Both the position numbers and the translations under genes were made by a program. This document shows positions 1 to 12,620 of a stretch of DNA of 59,064 bases, piece by piece (positions within the stretch are counted from its first letter, which is position 1; the number at the start of each line of letters is the position of its first letter). The DNA is from Octopus bimaculoides (lineage: Eukaryota), in the NCBI RefSeq assembly GCF_001194135.2, contig NC_068983.1, forward strand, positions 19,162,407 to 19,221,470, read 5' to 3'. The notes beneath the pieces are model-generated. The model was not told where the DNA came from, made no database searches, and saw nothing but the letters and a program-made list of their open reading frames with translations.

Positions 1-42
1 TTTTTTTTTTTTTTTTTTTTTTTTTTTATTATTATTATTATT

Positions 43-260
43 AAGGCAGTGTGCTGGCAGAACCGTTAGCGCGCTGGGCAAAATACTTGGCGGCATTCCG
101 CCTACCCTTACGTTCTTTGTTCATATTCTGCCGTGGTCGAGTTTGCCTTTCATCCTTTCGGAATCGATAAATTAGGTACCAGTTAAGCACTGAGGACAAT
201 GTAATCGATTAGTTCTCTCCCTCAAAATTTCAGGTCTTGTCCCTATAGTAGAACTGATTA
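43..260 (+). mobile_element. SINE family A copy
   Basis: Head ggcagtgtgctggcagaaccgttagc and core gtcgagtttgcctttcatcctttcggaatcgataaattaggtaccagtt; the same core recurs at 14375-14575, 23140-23335, 27704-27920 and 45200-45395. Confidence 0.8.
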
Positions 261-269
261 GTATCATTT

Positions 270-2645
270 TAACTTAGGATTTGTTGCGTAGCGATCTCCC
301 TACCTGCAGCATACGTAACATGCTGTCTCATCTTTTACACCTGAAACATCTGATGATCATGGCCGTGCCAAGGATGCAAATGTCTTACAACAGTTGTACA
401 GGGGGCGCTCTATTACCACGTTCTTTATATTCCTTTTCATGTCCTCTGATACTGTGCCCAAAGACCCAACAATAATTGGCACTATTTTCCGCCTCTTCTT
501 GTATTTAAGCGAGTTGTACACGTTTCGTTTGTTTTTCCTTCCTTTTTGACTATTTGTGTGTCGGAGGTGCACGTAACATTAATTATGGAGCACATGTGTT
601 TCACCTTGTCCACCAAAACTAGGTCTGACATAGTGTACTCAAGAACGTGGTCCGTTTGGATTGGAAAATCCTACAGGATTTTGCAGATCTCCAACCACGC
701 CACTCTCTGTGGTTTGTGCTCTTACCAGATTTCGCCACTCTGTATCCCCTATTTTCACACACTTTCCAGTGTAGCACTTGTATCTCATAAATATGCTATA
801 CCTTATATTGGTTTAGGCATGTTGACTCCATTCGTTCCCCATATGGGAAATTGTTTCCTCAACTTTATTTCAGATTCCACACAGTGGAGTCACTTGCTCA
901 TTCCTAACGCTGCGCGACTCCCAATGTGTGTCCAAAGATCGGTCCAGCACTTTTAGTATTGTGTTCCTAGTGTCTTATTTCAGAGTCCCCATCTTCAGGC
1001 AGTCTCACTTTCAGTTGTGGCTACGTGGAATTGATTGTTTCGTGGTGCCTCTTCATTTCCTTCTTGTCTTTCTAGTGTTGTTCTTATCATTATTCCTGCT
1101 TTCAATATTCTCTCACCTCTACCTGCTATTAGAAAGGTTTTCTCTATTTGAGATAGATCCCTAATATGTTCCCAAGATCAATATGAACGTAGTATTCCAC
1201 ACTCATGAGTTTGCTTCTTCTATTTGCTATTTTCATACATGGCAGTGATGGGTTCCAAGCATTGTTAGGAGCTTTCTTGTCTTCCAGTCTAGCTAGTTTA
1301 ACTCATCCTCTGTCCTCTTCAGAATTCATGCGCCATTCTGAACCGCTGGAACTGCGCGAATGTTTATTGCCGAAATTATGTTTCTGGCATTAATCTCTAA
1401 ATTCAGTATTCTTCTGCCATTCATTCATGGAACGTGTTATATATGTTATGATTATGGCTAATGTTTCTAGGATCCATGTGTGGGGAATACTATCAAAGGC
1501 CTTTCAGTAATCGATCCAGGCCATACTTAGATTCCTCTTCTTTCTGTGGCTGTCTTCAGTTATGTCTTTATTGATCATTAGTTGATATTTCCACCCATAT
1601 GAGCCCTTGTAGCATCACTTCTGCTCTTCTGGAAACAGGTTGTTTTCTTCCAGATGCTTGCTCATTCTCTGCGATATCATTGCAATAAACACTTTGTAAA
1701 TCGTAGGGAGACAAGTTATTGGTCTGTAATTTTGTGGGTTTGCCGTTTCAGTGGATTTGGGAATTAGAATAGTTTTCCATTCTGTGAGCCATTCAGGCAT
1801 TGTCTCTGGCTCTGTTAGGATATCGTTAACATTTCCCATTCAAGTTTTTATGTACTCCTGTCAGATATTTTAACCAGAATTTGAGGATCTTATTGTGCTC
1901 GGGTACATTCCAGTTGCTTAGTTTTTTTCAGTGTCTTGGTGACCTTTTCAGTTGTTACAGAGGTCCAGAATGTTTCAGGTGCTGAGTTCTTTGTTGTCAT
2001 AGATCTTTTCTGAGGTTGTTCCTTCACCGACCATATATCTTTCCTAAATTCTTCCACTTCTGCTGTTAGTGCTGCATTGATGTCTATTTTATTTTTGTCA
2101 AGTTCTTGGTAATTTTTTTGGGGGCTGGAGTTGAACTCTTTGATTTGTTCATAGAAACGGTGGCGTTTCTCATACCGACGGATTCTTTGTACTGTGGCAT
2201 GGATATATTGCTTTAGCTGTTCTTTTAGCTCAGGTAAACCTTTTTCTGTAATTTTGTATTTATACAGTATTTCTGTTCTATTCTTGTTGCTTAGTAGTCT
2301 TGATTGTCTACTAGTTTCCTTAAGGTTTCACAGATCTTCTCTCTCGTTTTCTATTTCTTTCTGGATATTATGTATCCACAGGGTTTGTTTTGGTGGTATT
2401 ACTCGTGTTTGGATGAGTCTTAGAGAGTATCCAGCTTCTCTTGTAGCCACACAGTGGCTGCTGCACATATTATATCCTTTAACCTGGTGATATTGACATT
2501 TGTCTCTGTAGCTATTAGTTTTGTGACGGCCAGGCTCATGCTATTTATTATTGATGTTGTTTTAGTATCAATTTTAATTTTTGGGAGGTACAATCGGTGG
2601 TCCATACTGAGATATGTGGCCTTCAGTTCTTTGACTACATTGAAT
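270..2645 (-). mobile_element. R4/Dong-like non-LTR retrotransposon, internally deleted pseudogene (RT N-terminal part, thumb, CCHC remnant, restriction-like endonuclease)
   Basis: Minus-strand peptides: PEWLTEWKTILIPK..NPQNYRPITCLPTIYK..NNLFPEEQK, MAWIDY*KAFDSIPHTW, AINIRAVP, EL.*LDWKTRKLLTMLGTHH, SDLVLVDKVKHMCSIINV (PD..D endonuclease remnant) and IVPIIVGSLG. Many stops and frameshifts. The 5' end abuts (TAA)n. Confidence 0.88.
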
Positions 2646-2650
2646 TTTGG

Positions 2651-2657
2651 ATTATTA

Positions 2658-2722
<65 letters not shown>
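2651..2722. repeat. (TTA)n microsatellite
   Basis: Direct reading. Confidence 0.97.
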
Positions 2723-2724
<2 letters not shown>

Positions 2725-3496
2725 CGAAATTCCAGTTTGACCGAACTCGTGAAATGCTTCGTGGCGTTTCATCCCACCACTTTTTCGGAGCTCGAATTTG
2801 CCTTTAATCCAATGTATTACTATCACCACGACCACCACCACTGTGAACAAAACCACCGATCTACTCGACAACACAAACATACGTAAAGTCTAACACGAAG
2901 CGGTCCATGAACAACATGAGCAAAAAGAAAACATTCGTCATTGTCACACATAGAAAAAGCAAAAAACATACTTAAGCCTATACATCAACACTTCAAACTA
3001 TTTCGTCTCACCAACATATGGCAAACCAACACTTAGGGAAATTATTCAAAGATAAAAAAAAAATACACCGCCATGAAAAACATATATCTTGATGAAATAT
3101 GTAACACCATTTAACAAACAAGAGATAAGAATTTCTCACACTTAAAATTAATGTAATTTTTTTCTCACATGCAACGTTCTGTCGAAAATACCCTTGTACG
3201 GCATAGGCTGTATAGAAATGCATGCTATGAGATCGCTTTTGAAGCAAAATCACTTGCTGAACAACATTACATTTGTTTATCTCAGAAGACGTTCATTCCA
3301 GGGCCTATAGATAATTCCCAGGAATCCCTGTTCCGAAGAACAATGCCTATTAAGGTTAAATTCTACAGGCAAGATTGTGGCATCAACTCTACCAGCCCTA
3401 GATGCGCGTAGAGCGACGAAACTCTCAACGCTTACGTTTTACGTGAAACACTTACCTAGCTAACGGCCCATGCTATTGAGAAGATCGTCCCGGCGC

Positions 3497-3594
3497 TCTT
3501 CTTCTTCTTCTTCTTCTTCTTCTTCTTCTTCTTCTTCTTCTTCTTCTTCTTCTTCTTCTTCTTCTTCTTCTTCTTCTTCTTCTTCTTCTCATTA

Positions 3595-3667
<73 letters not shown>
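3497..3667. repeat. Compound microsatellite (CTT)n-(TTA)n
   Basis: Direct reading; explains the poly-S/poly-Y ORF 3470-3766. Confidence 0.97.
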
Positions 3668-4044
3668 TTCAGTAGTCTTATTTTTGTCACGTGTTTTGAC
3701 TGCACTACTGAGCGCAGCTCGGTGTGCCTTGGATGCCAGGAAACCGGCCTTTATGAGTCGGCATAACTCGAGAACGTATTTTAAACATCATTTTTCTATC
3801 ACTGCCTTTAGTAATCCGTTTTTGTGCCACAATTTGAAACCGATAATAGTTTTATCAAATTGTTATGGCGTCAATACAATTCTGCTTTGAACATATATTT
3901 ATGCAGTCGTGCATTGCATACCTCTTATGCATGCAATGGCCAGCAGTGCAATAATATTATTGCGGTTTTATTAATACAACAGGCATCATAACATTTCAAT
4001 TTTCTATATATTAAATAGTTGACACCATATCTAAGAAATATATT

Positions 4045-4215
4045 ATGTGTCTCTGTGTGTCTCTGTCTTGGTATGTCCCCCACCAACGCTTGGCAACCAA
4101 CGTTGGCATGGGTATGTCTCTGAAACTTAGCGGTTCGGCAAAAGCCACGATAAAATAAATATAAAAAGTACTGCAGTCGATTCGTTCGACTGAAGTCTTT
4201 CAAGAAGCTTCCCGA
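4045..4215 (+). mobile_element. SINE family B, 3' half
   Basis: tgtccccaccaacgcttggcaacc..aacttagcggttcggcaaaag..gtcgattcgttcgact aligns by eye with 14775-14905. Confidence 0.65.
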
Positions 4216-4359
4216 ACGTGTCCGTAGATTAATGACTGCAAAATGTAAAAGATACGAGATAAAGATATCTAATTGTAACAAAAAATATATATATAACATA
4301 TATCGCATATACACAAATGTATACATATATGTACAGATACAGACATACATACAGAACAT

Positions 4360-4404
<45 letters not shown>

Positions 4405-5337
4405 NNNNNNNNNNATATATATATATATATATATATGTATGTGTCTGTGTGTGTGTGTGTGTATACATACTGAAGTATGCATATGTATACATGCGTGTAT
4501 ATATGAATATATGAGCCTACATATACACATTTTCATTAATTTGGCATTCAGTTCTCATTCAGTTATTGATTTACTTTGACATTTGACATAACTGTCTATG
4601 CACCTTGACACTCACGTTATTGTCTACTACAGTTTTCTGCGATGTTTTTCATCTTTAAAAATTGTATTTAACAAAACAAAAAACTGTAATTTAGTATTAC
4701 CGTGTAGAATTGTTCACAATAAATGAGTTTTTTTTTAAGCTTCACAGTTCATTAATTTTACTGCAACATATTTCTTTAAATATAATTTACTAGAAGAGTG
4801 TAGCAGAATGTGTAGTACATAATGTCTAGCAATATCTAGTCACTTCTCATTACTTTCTTATTTCACATCCTGCTATGGTCGACTTGCCGTATTATCCTTT
4901 ACTCCATACACAATTGATAATTTAGGGATGGTCAAGTGCGGGTGCCTATCCATTTGGCTATACTTTGCTGATGTATATTTGTGACCAGTTAATTATGTTG
5001 CAATTGATTAGTACTTAATTCTTTGTTAACTAAAAAAACAAAAACATTAACCAATACCCAGTCACCACTAGCATATTTCTTTCCAACTAACAACAATTCA
5101 AGAAATTATCGTACTGCAGCAAATTATCATTAATATGTTCTCACGAGTTTGAGAAAGGCAGTTCTGCAATTTCTTCGTCAACAACGCTTCACAAATAGTG
5201 TGTTTATACCGATCAAATGTTTCTGCTGTACATTAGCCTCCTCTCTCTCTCCCTCCAAGAAATCGACGGTGTGTGATACATCATGCACCTATTCAGGGTG
5301 CATGATGTATCACACACCAAGGGTCAAAATGATCGCA

Positions 5338-5700
5338 GACCAACGTGAGATGAACAGTGCTCATCAGGAACATAGGCAACATCCAGTCTAGGAAATGAAA
5401 CGATGCTCTAGAGGACGTAAGTGCATCTTCATAACTACTAGGCCACGCATATCAAAATTTATCGTTAATAACAAAAATATCAACATACCTAATGAGGATA
5501 TTCGTAAATGTCCGTAATTTTCCCCACTGGACATACTTGCTTTGTGTTCTGAAACGCGTCCCTTGAGCCATGTATTCAATCAGTCTGTTATACAATTGAC
5601 CCCAACTTCACTTGGCATTGCTGAAAGAAATTGTATGATACCTTAGGTCATTCAGCGATATTTAGATGATTATTCATACCTCCAAAGACAACTTCATAAC
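5338..5700 (-). mobile_element. Penelope-like element remnant (GIY-YIG fragment plus degenerate hammerhead)
   Basis: Minus peptide NTWLKGRVSEH resembles the GIY-YIG R..EH helix. It is followed on the same strand by CTGATGAG..CTC-ACGTT at 5338-5370. Confidence 0.5.
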
Positions 5701-7559
5701 ACTTCTTTGTACGATGAACAATTCTACAGCGATATATATATATATATATATATATATATCTTTTCAGTTGCTGAGGAAGCGCTTTTTAATACGTATAAAA
5801 AGATGTTAACTGTTTCCATTGGTCTCAGTAGTTGATTGAAAGATTTTGCTATCGGACCTGAAAGTATGAACTCAGCAAGATTTGTAATTAGATAGCTAAG
5901 AGCCGTAACATTCTGTTGCAAGCTCTAACAATTCTGCGATTTTATAACCTTAGGGTGCTATAATAAAATCACAAAATAATTCTGTAAAATATATCAGAAA
6001 AGAAACAAGATAATTCATAAACGCTGGGTAGTATAACAACTCGATTTTTCGCAGAAATATTCCTGGGATGCGAAGGAATTTTGTCCTTTTGTTAAGGTGT
6101 ATACATTACTTGCTCTCAACTCTATAACCATGATAAACAATAATAATCATTCAATATAAAAGAAATATAAAGCGCCATAAAAGTTAAATAGAGGACTACA
6201 TGGCGACTGTTAAGTTATTCCTTCTTTTATATTTCAGATTGTTTCGGTTTGTCTTATTTTCCCATAGTTTCACGCTGTCATAATACATTTCTATAAGGTT
6301 TAAAGTGAAAATACAAAGTCACTATAATGTTATCGACAACGAAAAATGCGATAAACAATATCGAAAGACGGGAAGATAATGAGAGATATAGACTGCAATC
6401 TCTGGGTTGTAAATTCAATGCAAATTCATTCAGTTAATAGTTTCGGACGATTGCTGAATATAATTTACCTCTCTTAATCTAAAAACACAATTTGGACATT
6501 TCATCGAGGCTGCAACGAAATGAGTAACGACCACCTACCAAGTGACTCAGAAATATAATTACCTCAGACGTCTACATCTATCTAAATGAAAAATAGTAAT
6601 ATACAAGTTTTCGTCCTTATAGAAATGAAATAATGATTCGAATGCCAACTGAGTGGAAGCAAACGACATACATTAATCAATTACTCTATATATTTCCGTC
6701 TTTCGTTTTGGATTCAATTTTGTTATCTATAAGGTTACAGTCACCTTATAGATATATTTGTTGAAAATCAATTGGCTATATACTTTGGCTACATACCTTG
6801 GCTACATAACTCTGGTTTTGCCGCAGTAATTCAAATCAATGGTAATATTTTATACCACCCAAATAGAACATTTCGATATCGAAATGCCAAATATCGATGA
6901 CTAGCACTAAGAAAATTTACTCCTACAAATTTGTTTCTGTTTTCACACACACAAATCAGTCTTTCATCATCCAAATTCGTTTCATTTGTATAGTTTGAGA
7001 AATAATGCAACGATTCGACACTTTTGTCTTTCATCTTTGTTGAATCTCGTCGACACTGTTATGTCCTTCCTTGTACTCACTGTATATGCCACCTTATAAC
7101 ATAGATTATAACGAGGTTATAACAACCCAAATATAAACAACACGTAACAAGCAATATCTTTTATCAATGACTTCTACGACTGTCTTCACAAAGCGCCTGC
7201 ACACACCACGCTGTAATTCTTTATTTGGCACCTAGGCCATAACACAGAGGGGACAACACAAGGACAGACAGAACATCACAGTGGGGACAAAAACATAAAA
7301 CGAATGAAAATGAAAGATGTATAAAAATAATTAAATTAATGATGATGAAATGGGCACATTGAGCCTGACTCTCAAACAGTATCGTTTAACAGTTAAATTC
7401 TACAAATTAATAAATCTTTCTTACACTCCCCTTTTTCATTTAGCATCGTTTTTTTTTAATTTTGAAAGTCTATATTTTCTCTCTTTTTTTTTATAAAATT
7501 TTACTTACTCTTTTCAACATTTCACTAAGCATTTCAAATCTTCATACTCCACGACCGAT

Positions 7560-8390
7560 GGTAATTCGTCGAATTAAATTTCGACTCCTAAAGGGTCTAT
7601 ACTACTTCCGAACAGTTCTTTCAATTTCTCGTATCTCACTTTGTGAATAATTATTCCCTTTGTGTGTGTTCTGTATACTTCTCCGGTGGAAACCTTACTC
7701 TTATGATAGATTTAAACTTCGTGATCTGCTCGATTGCCGTGCTTTTGGCGTATGTAACCATATGTCACTTTTTTTTTTCTTTTTTTAACTTCCGTTTGCT
7801 TCAGTGACGGACCTGAGCTGTCCGAGCGAGCCCTTCCACGTGGTTCCTCTTTTCCTGCACTAACATAAACGTCAATGTTTAAGCCTTCCACATCGTGTTG
7901 CAATGACGTTTCTGCCTCCACTCTAACTTCCATTGTTGATTCTGCTGGTGTGCCGAGCCTGTTCCTTCTCAATCTCAATTTCCTTCATCCTTTTCTGCTT
8001 TTCTGGTGGAGAGCTCATCCGCTCTTTCCTTTTCTTCCTATTCACGACAGTGAATGATTCCTCGGCTCTATCTTTCTCTCCTTCCGGGACCACCACTTCG
8101 GTACTCTGTAATTCACTCTGTTGTTTCTGCCCCTCCTCTTCGTTTTATTTCTGGAGGCACCTCGCCTTCATGTGCCCCTTTTGACCACATATGAAACATG
8201 TTGGAGGGCTTCCTTCCACCACTACTCTTTAATCTGACGTCGTCTGGGAGAAGGATCTCCACTGTGATCTCGTACAAGTATTTTAAGCTCCTTTGTATGA
8301 CTATCTCGAGGTCATACCCCCACAAATTAACTTTTTTGATTCACGTAATCTTCAAGATTTTCACTTCATCCTCCATTCTGTTCATGACTG
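7560..8390 (-). mobile_element. Non-LTR ORF1 (gag-like) fragment with CCHC zinc knuckle, L1/Tx1-like
   Basis: After a frameshift the minus strand reads VEGSPPTCFICGQKGHMKARC (CX2CX4HX4C), preceded by WGYDLEIV..LLPDDVRL and followed by a K/E-rich tail. Confidence 0.7.
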
Positions 8391-9235
8391 CAGTTTTTTC
8401 AGCTGCCAAAAATGAACGTGAAGCATGAGCGATGGGTTTTATGCTATCGTTTTCCTACTTGTGTAATATTACCGCTCCGATATCACTTTCGCTAGAATCT
8501 GATGCTACTACTATTTTCAAATTTGTATCAAAGTGCGACAATGTAAGTTCTGATTTTAAAACATTTTAAAATTCTTCGAACGATTTAGGACATCTGTCAT
8601 CTTTTTAATAGATTGTTTAGGGGTGATCTCAGTTTATGCATGTTTGGTATGTATGTTCTTTAATAGTTCACCAGCCCTAAGAATGCTTGTAATGTTGTAA
8701 TATTTTTCGTGGTAGTCATGTTTTGTATTGCTGTCGATCTTGAAGGATCTGGTCTGCAACCATTTTTATCGAAAACATTCCCAAGATAATCTATTTGTGG
8801 TATGAATAATTCGCATTTTTCCACGTTAAGTTTGAATGCATACTCCTTTATCTTCTTAAAAACCATTTTAGCAGGTTCCTCATGCTGGCCTCTAGGCTAA
8901 CTTTTCATGAGTATGTCATCCAAATATACTATAGCGAAATCCGTATCTGCAAGCATCGTGTCCATTACCTGTTGGAAAATACTAGATGTCACGTTTACCC
9001 CGAAAGGAAGTCGATTTAAATTATATAAATCATTATGAGTGTTTATCGTTTATAATTTCGAACATTCTTCTTCGACTTGTAACTGTAAATACGCCTCCAA
9101 CAAGTCCAATTTTGAGAAAAACTTTCCTACATTGAGTTTCGCAAAATTTCCCATGAGCTTGGTAGTGGATTATGGTATGTCCATAAACATTCATTTAGAC
9201 CTGTTGAAAAGTCCGCTCATACTCATAATTTAACT
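8390..9235 (-). mobile_element. Ty3/Gypsy pol fragment (RT to start of RNase H), pseudogenised
   Basis: Minus peptides DFSTGLN, FSKLDLLEAYLQ, INTH..RLPFGV..IFQQVMDTML..VYLDDILM, KCELFIPQIDYLG..PDPSR..LQAFLGLVNY and KPIAHASRSFLAAEK. Confidence 0.93.
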
Positions 9236-9925
9236 GTGGGGGTATGGCCCAGAGGTAATGGTGCATATCAGCCTACCAGACCTCCACAAAATTGTTGACA
9301 AAATTTTTCTATCAGATGAAAGCAGACTGAGAATTATGGTGGAAAGTAGACCTCCGATATGTTTTGCCTGTGGAGTAAGGGGTCACATGAAAGACAAGTT
9401 TTCCCCAGAAACACGAACAGGAGGAGGCGGAGACAGAGCGTTGGGAAGAAGAGATTATAATGGCAAAGGAAGAAAAAGAATTTACAGGGGTAGAAAAGAA
9501 GAGAGAAAACAGCGAATCTCCACCGATAAAGAAAAAAAGGCGGAGGAAAATAAAAAGGAAAAAAAGAAAAAAAGTGAAGAATCAACAGGAGATCGAACGG
9601 AAGGAGGAGGAAAGACAGAAGAGATTAGAAAGTGACAAGGAGCAACAAATAGAGAGTGAAACACCAGCAATATAGGCAGAGAGGGAAGTGATACAGCCGA
9701 GAAAGCCATCGAAGGGGGGGGAATACGAAAGAATGATGGTGCAGTACGGAAAGAGTGTGGAAATAAAGAAAAGAATTTCCGAGATGAAGGGCGTGATAAG
9801 GATTAATCTGGCCGACAAGGAAGAGAACCGGAATATGAAAGCAGTGTTACTGGAAGACGAGCGAGTAGCAAGACTGAGAGAAATACAGCGTTACGATTTA
9901 GATATGACGAATTACCATCAGTGAT
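9236..9925 (+). mobile_element. Second ORF1 zinc-knuckle fragment, diverged paralog of 7560-8390
   Basis: WG..PEVMVH..RLRIMVESRPPICFACGVRGHMKDK (last Cys lost) and a K/E-rich tail; shares gacgaattaccatc near its end with the minus copy. Confidence 0.7.
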
Positions 9926-10489
9926 AACATTCCCGGTGTCAATAACTTTTTTTTATATATAAAAACGATACAAACTGGATATAATTATTGATTGTAAAAA
10001 CAGTAAAATGGAACTTCCTACTTTTTTTTGGGGGGGGGGGGCATTTCAGTATCATTATTTTCATAACTCCTAATTCATTTATTAATTATTGTATGTACCC
10101 TATGTTTATGTTGTTTATCGTTGTAGTGTCCCTTCTATATTTAAGGCTTTATGCCTATAATAAAGAAAAAACGAAATGTTACCTCACTAATCATTTCCCC
10201 CAAAATCATAATTAGTTTCCTCAGATGCCTCCCGCGATTGTTGCAGTGTTTGGATCCTTTCCTTTTGGCCGGCGCAGAGAAAAAAAAAATTGTTGTAACT
10301 AAACACTTTCAAATTTCGTATACTGGTAGAATGTGTCATTTAAAACATCATTTACTCTTGGCGTTTTTAAGAAAATTCTTTATTTTCGAAGTTATTTCGT
10401 CTTAAAGTTGTCGTATTTCGGTAATTTCAACCAATCAATGACGTCTATTGAGGTGAAAACAATTACTGCTGTGGTTTGTCAACAAGACG

Positions 10490-10575
10490 TTCTGCGGAGT
10501 GGGTCTGAACCCAGGGCTATGTCGTTAATACGCAAGTTGCTTACCAGACAGCCACGGCGGGTTGCCCCGTTGCTA
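10490..10575 (-). mobile_element. SINE family B head fragment (tRNA-like)
   Basis: Reverse complement reads gccgtggctgtctggtaagcaacttg..ctgggttcagacccact, matching the head at 14590. Confidence 0.65.
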
Positions 10576-11009
10576 GTGAGATCCTGCTAAGTATCTCAGA
10601 ATATATTTTAAACCGGCAATTCATTTTCCCGGCCTTTGTGCCAAAACACAAATTTACTGGCTGATTGACAACATATCGTGTGTTTCAATGTTTCAGTACT
10701 TAACACAGGAATTCCTGTTTATACACATATACGCACATGCACTTACCCATGTATATGTATGTGCATGACTGTAAGTAAATGTGTTGGGAACATGATTGTG
10801 TGCATATAAACACAACGAGCTTCAGCACACTATCGACAATTATTCAGGACTATCATTCTGCTTTTATGCACGTAAATGTTTGTGATATATACTATTAATT
10901 TCCGTGTTTTTTTTTCTCTCGTCTACACAGACACAGCTGTGTGATTAAGAAGTAAACTGTGACAGTATGTATTAGGTAGTCCGGAATGTTCATGTCGATG
11001 TTGAAAGGA

Positions 11010-11098
11010 AATTAAATGACAAAGAACTTCTGATGGTGGTTTTTTATGTCTTCCAAAGAATTAAACATTTTACCATTGAGATTATTTTGCAAGGACCT
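11010..11098 (-). mobile_element. mariner transposase C-terminal fragment
   Basis: Minus peptide SLQNNLNGKMFNSLEDIK, typical of the region after the third catalytic D. Confidence 0.6.
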
Positions 11099-11099
11099 G

Positions 11100-12455
11100 A
11101 ATAAACGAACTCCAAGCAGTATCTGCCATTCAACTCTTGCCACTCCAGACACATTAAACTCAATATTCCTTGCAACCTGGCAAAAAGGATTTATACTATT
11201 TGTACTATAGCATCTGATACAAGCACAAGGGACACACGACTACATGAGCTACAGGATACACTCATCAGTAGTAACTACCTACTATCCCTAATTGATATAG
11301 GCTTTCAGCGTGCCCTACAACTCAACGTCCACGAATGCAGATACCCCAGACAAAAGAAGGATTTACAACCTTGCATATCCACGCACTACCCCCTAAACAA
11401 TGAGTCCTTTGATACCATCCTCCAGAACATTCCTTTACTAAAGAGACCATGGAATGTGTCAAATCCTTCAAATGTACACCATCATAAAGAGCAAACGACA
11501 ACCCAAATCAGAGGAAATTCTTCTAACAGGTCCAAGTACACTGTTCAACAACATCGAAACCGACAGCTAAAAAAATGTGGCAGACCTAACTGTGGTATAT
11601 ATATCAACTTAATTTAAGGATCGGAATTCTCTTCCACACAGGGTCAACGTTTTACAGTGAAAAACAACTCACATGTGCTTGAGAAAACCTAATATATGTA
11701 TTAACTTGCTCAGGGTGTGGTGAACAATATATTGGTCAAAGTAAAAACAGTCTTTGCCAGAGGATGACGGCACATAGATCCCAGATTAAAATACGCGAAT
11801 ACAGAAAAATAGGATTAAGTGAGCACATCGATATTTGCGCCACTAACGAACAGCCCACATTTATATTTTTCCGCTCTATAAATTCAGAGAGAATGCAACC
11901 TATAATCTGTGCATTTACTAAGAAGCATATTTCATCGCAAAATATAAAACTATTTTAGATGCCGCCACCACCGCAGATCAAACTACCACAAGAATTTAGA
12001 ACATTTCCAACCACTACTGCTACGACCACAACAGGTCACTCTTAGGTCATTTGACTATTAAAGAAGATTCCATTAACAAAATAATTTTCTTTCTCCTTCT
12101 CCCTAAACCTACTCCTCTCCCTCCTTCATAATCTCCTTCTCCATCCTCCAACACCTTTTTTCTTTTTCTTCTCCTCCTCCATCCGCTGCTCCTGCTTAAC
12201 CATCAATTCTCTGTAACGAAACTATTCCTTCAGCTTTACTACTACCCCGCTAAGAGGCATTCACAAAAGAATAGAGAGAGACAGACAATCTGAAGACTAT
12301 GGCAATATATATCTATTTAAAGACTATGGACATATCTACAAAACATTTCACTTAATTTTTTTCTCCAATTCCATTGTCTTTCTTATTTTATTCTTAGTTG
12401 AAAATGTCTAAAAGACGGAATCCGGTACTAAAACGTAGTTCGTGATAAAATTATT
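11100..12455 (+). mobile_element. Penelope-like element, 5'-truncated (RT thumb, GIY-YIG, 3' pLTR)
   Basis: NSKQYLPFNSCHSRHIKLNIPCNLAKRIYTIC (PLE RT C-terminus) and NLIYVLTCSGCGEQYIGQSKNSLCQRMTAHRSQI (GIY-YIG). A pyrimidine-rich 3' region ends in a hammerhead remnant. Confidence 0.9.
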
Positions 12456-12577
12456 TTAGCATTTTATACTTTGTCTGATCTCCCTTATTCATATCAACTA
12501 GTATGCTACTTTTCTACCTTCTATATACATAAACACACACACACACATATATATCCAGATATGCATTTATCTGTGTT

Positions 12578-12620
<43 letters not shown>

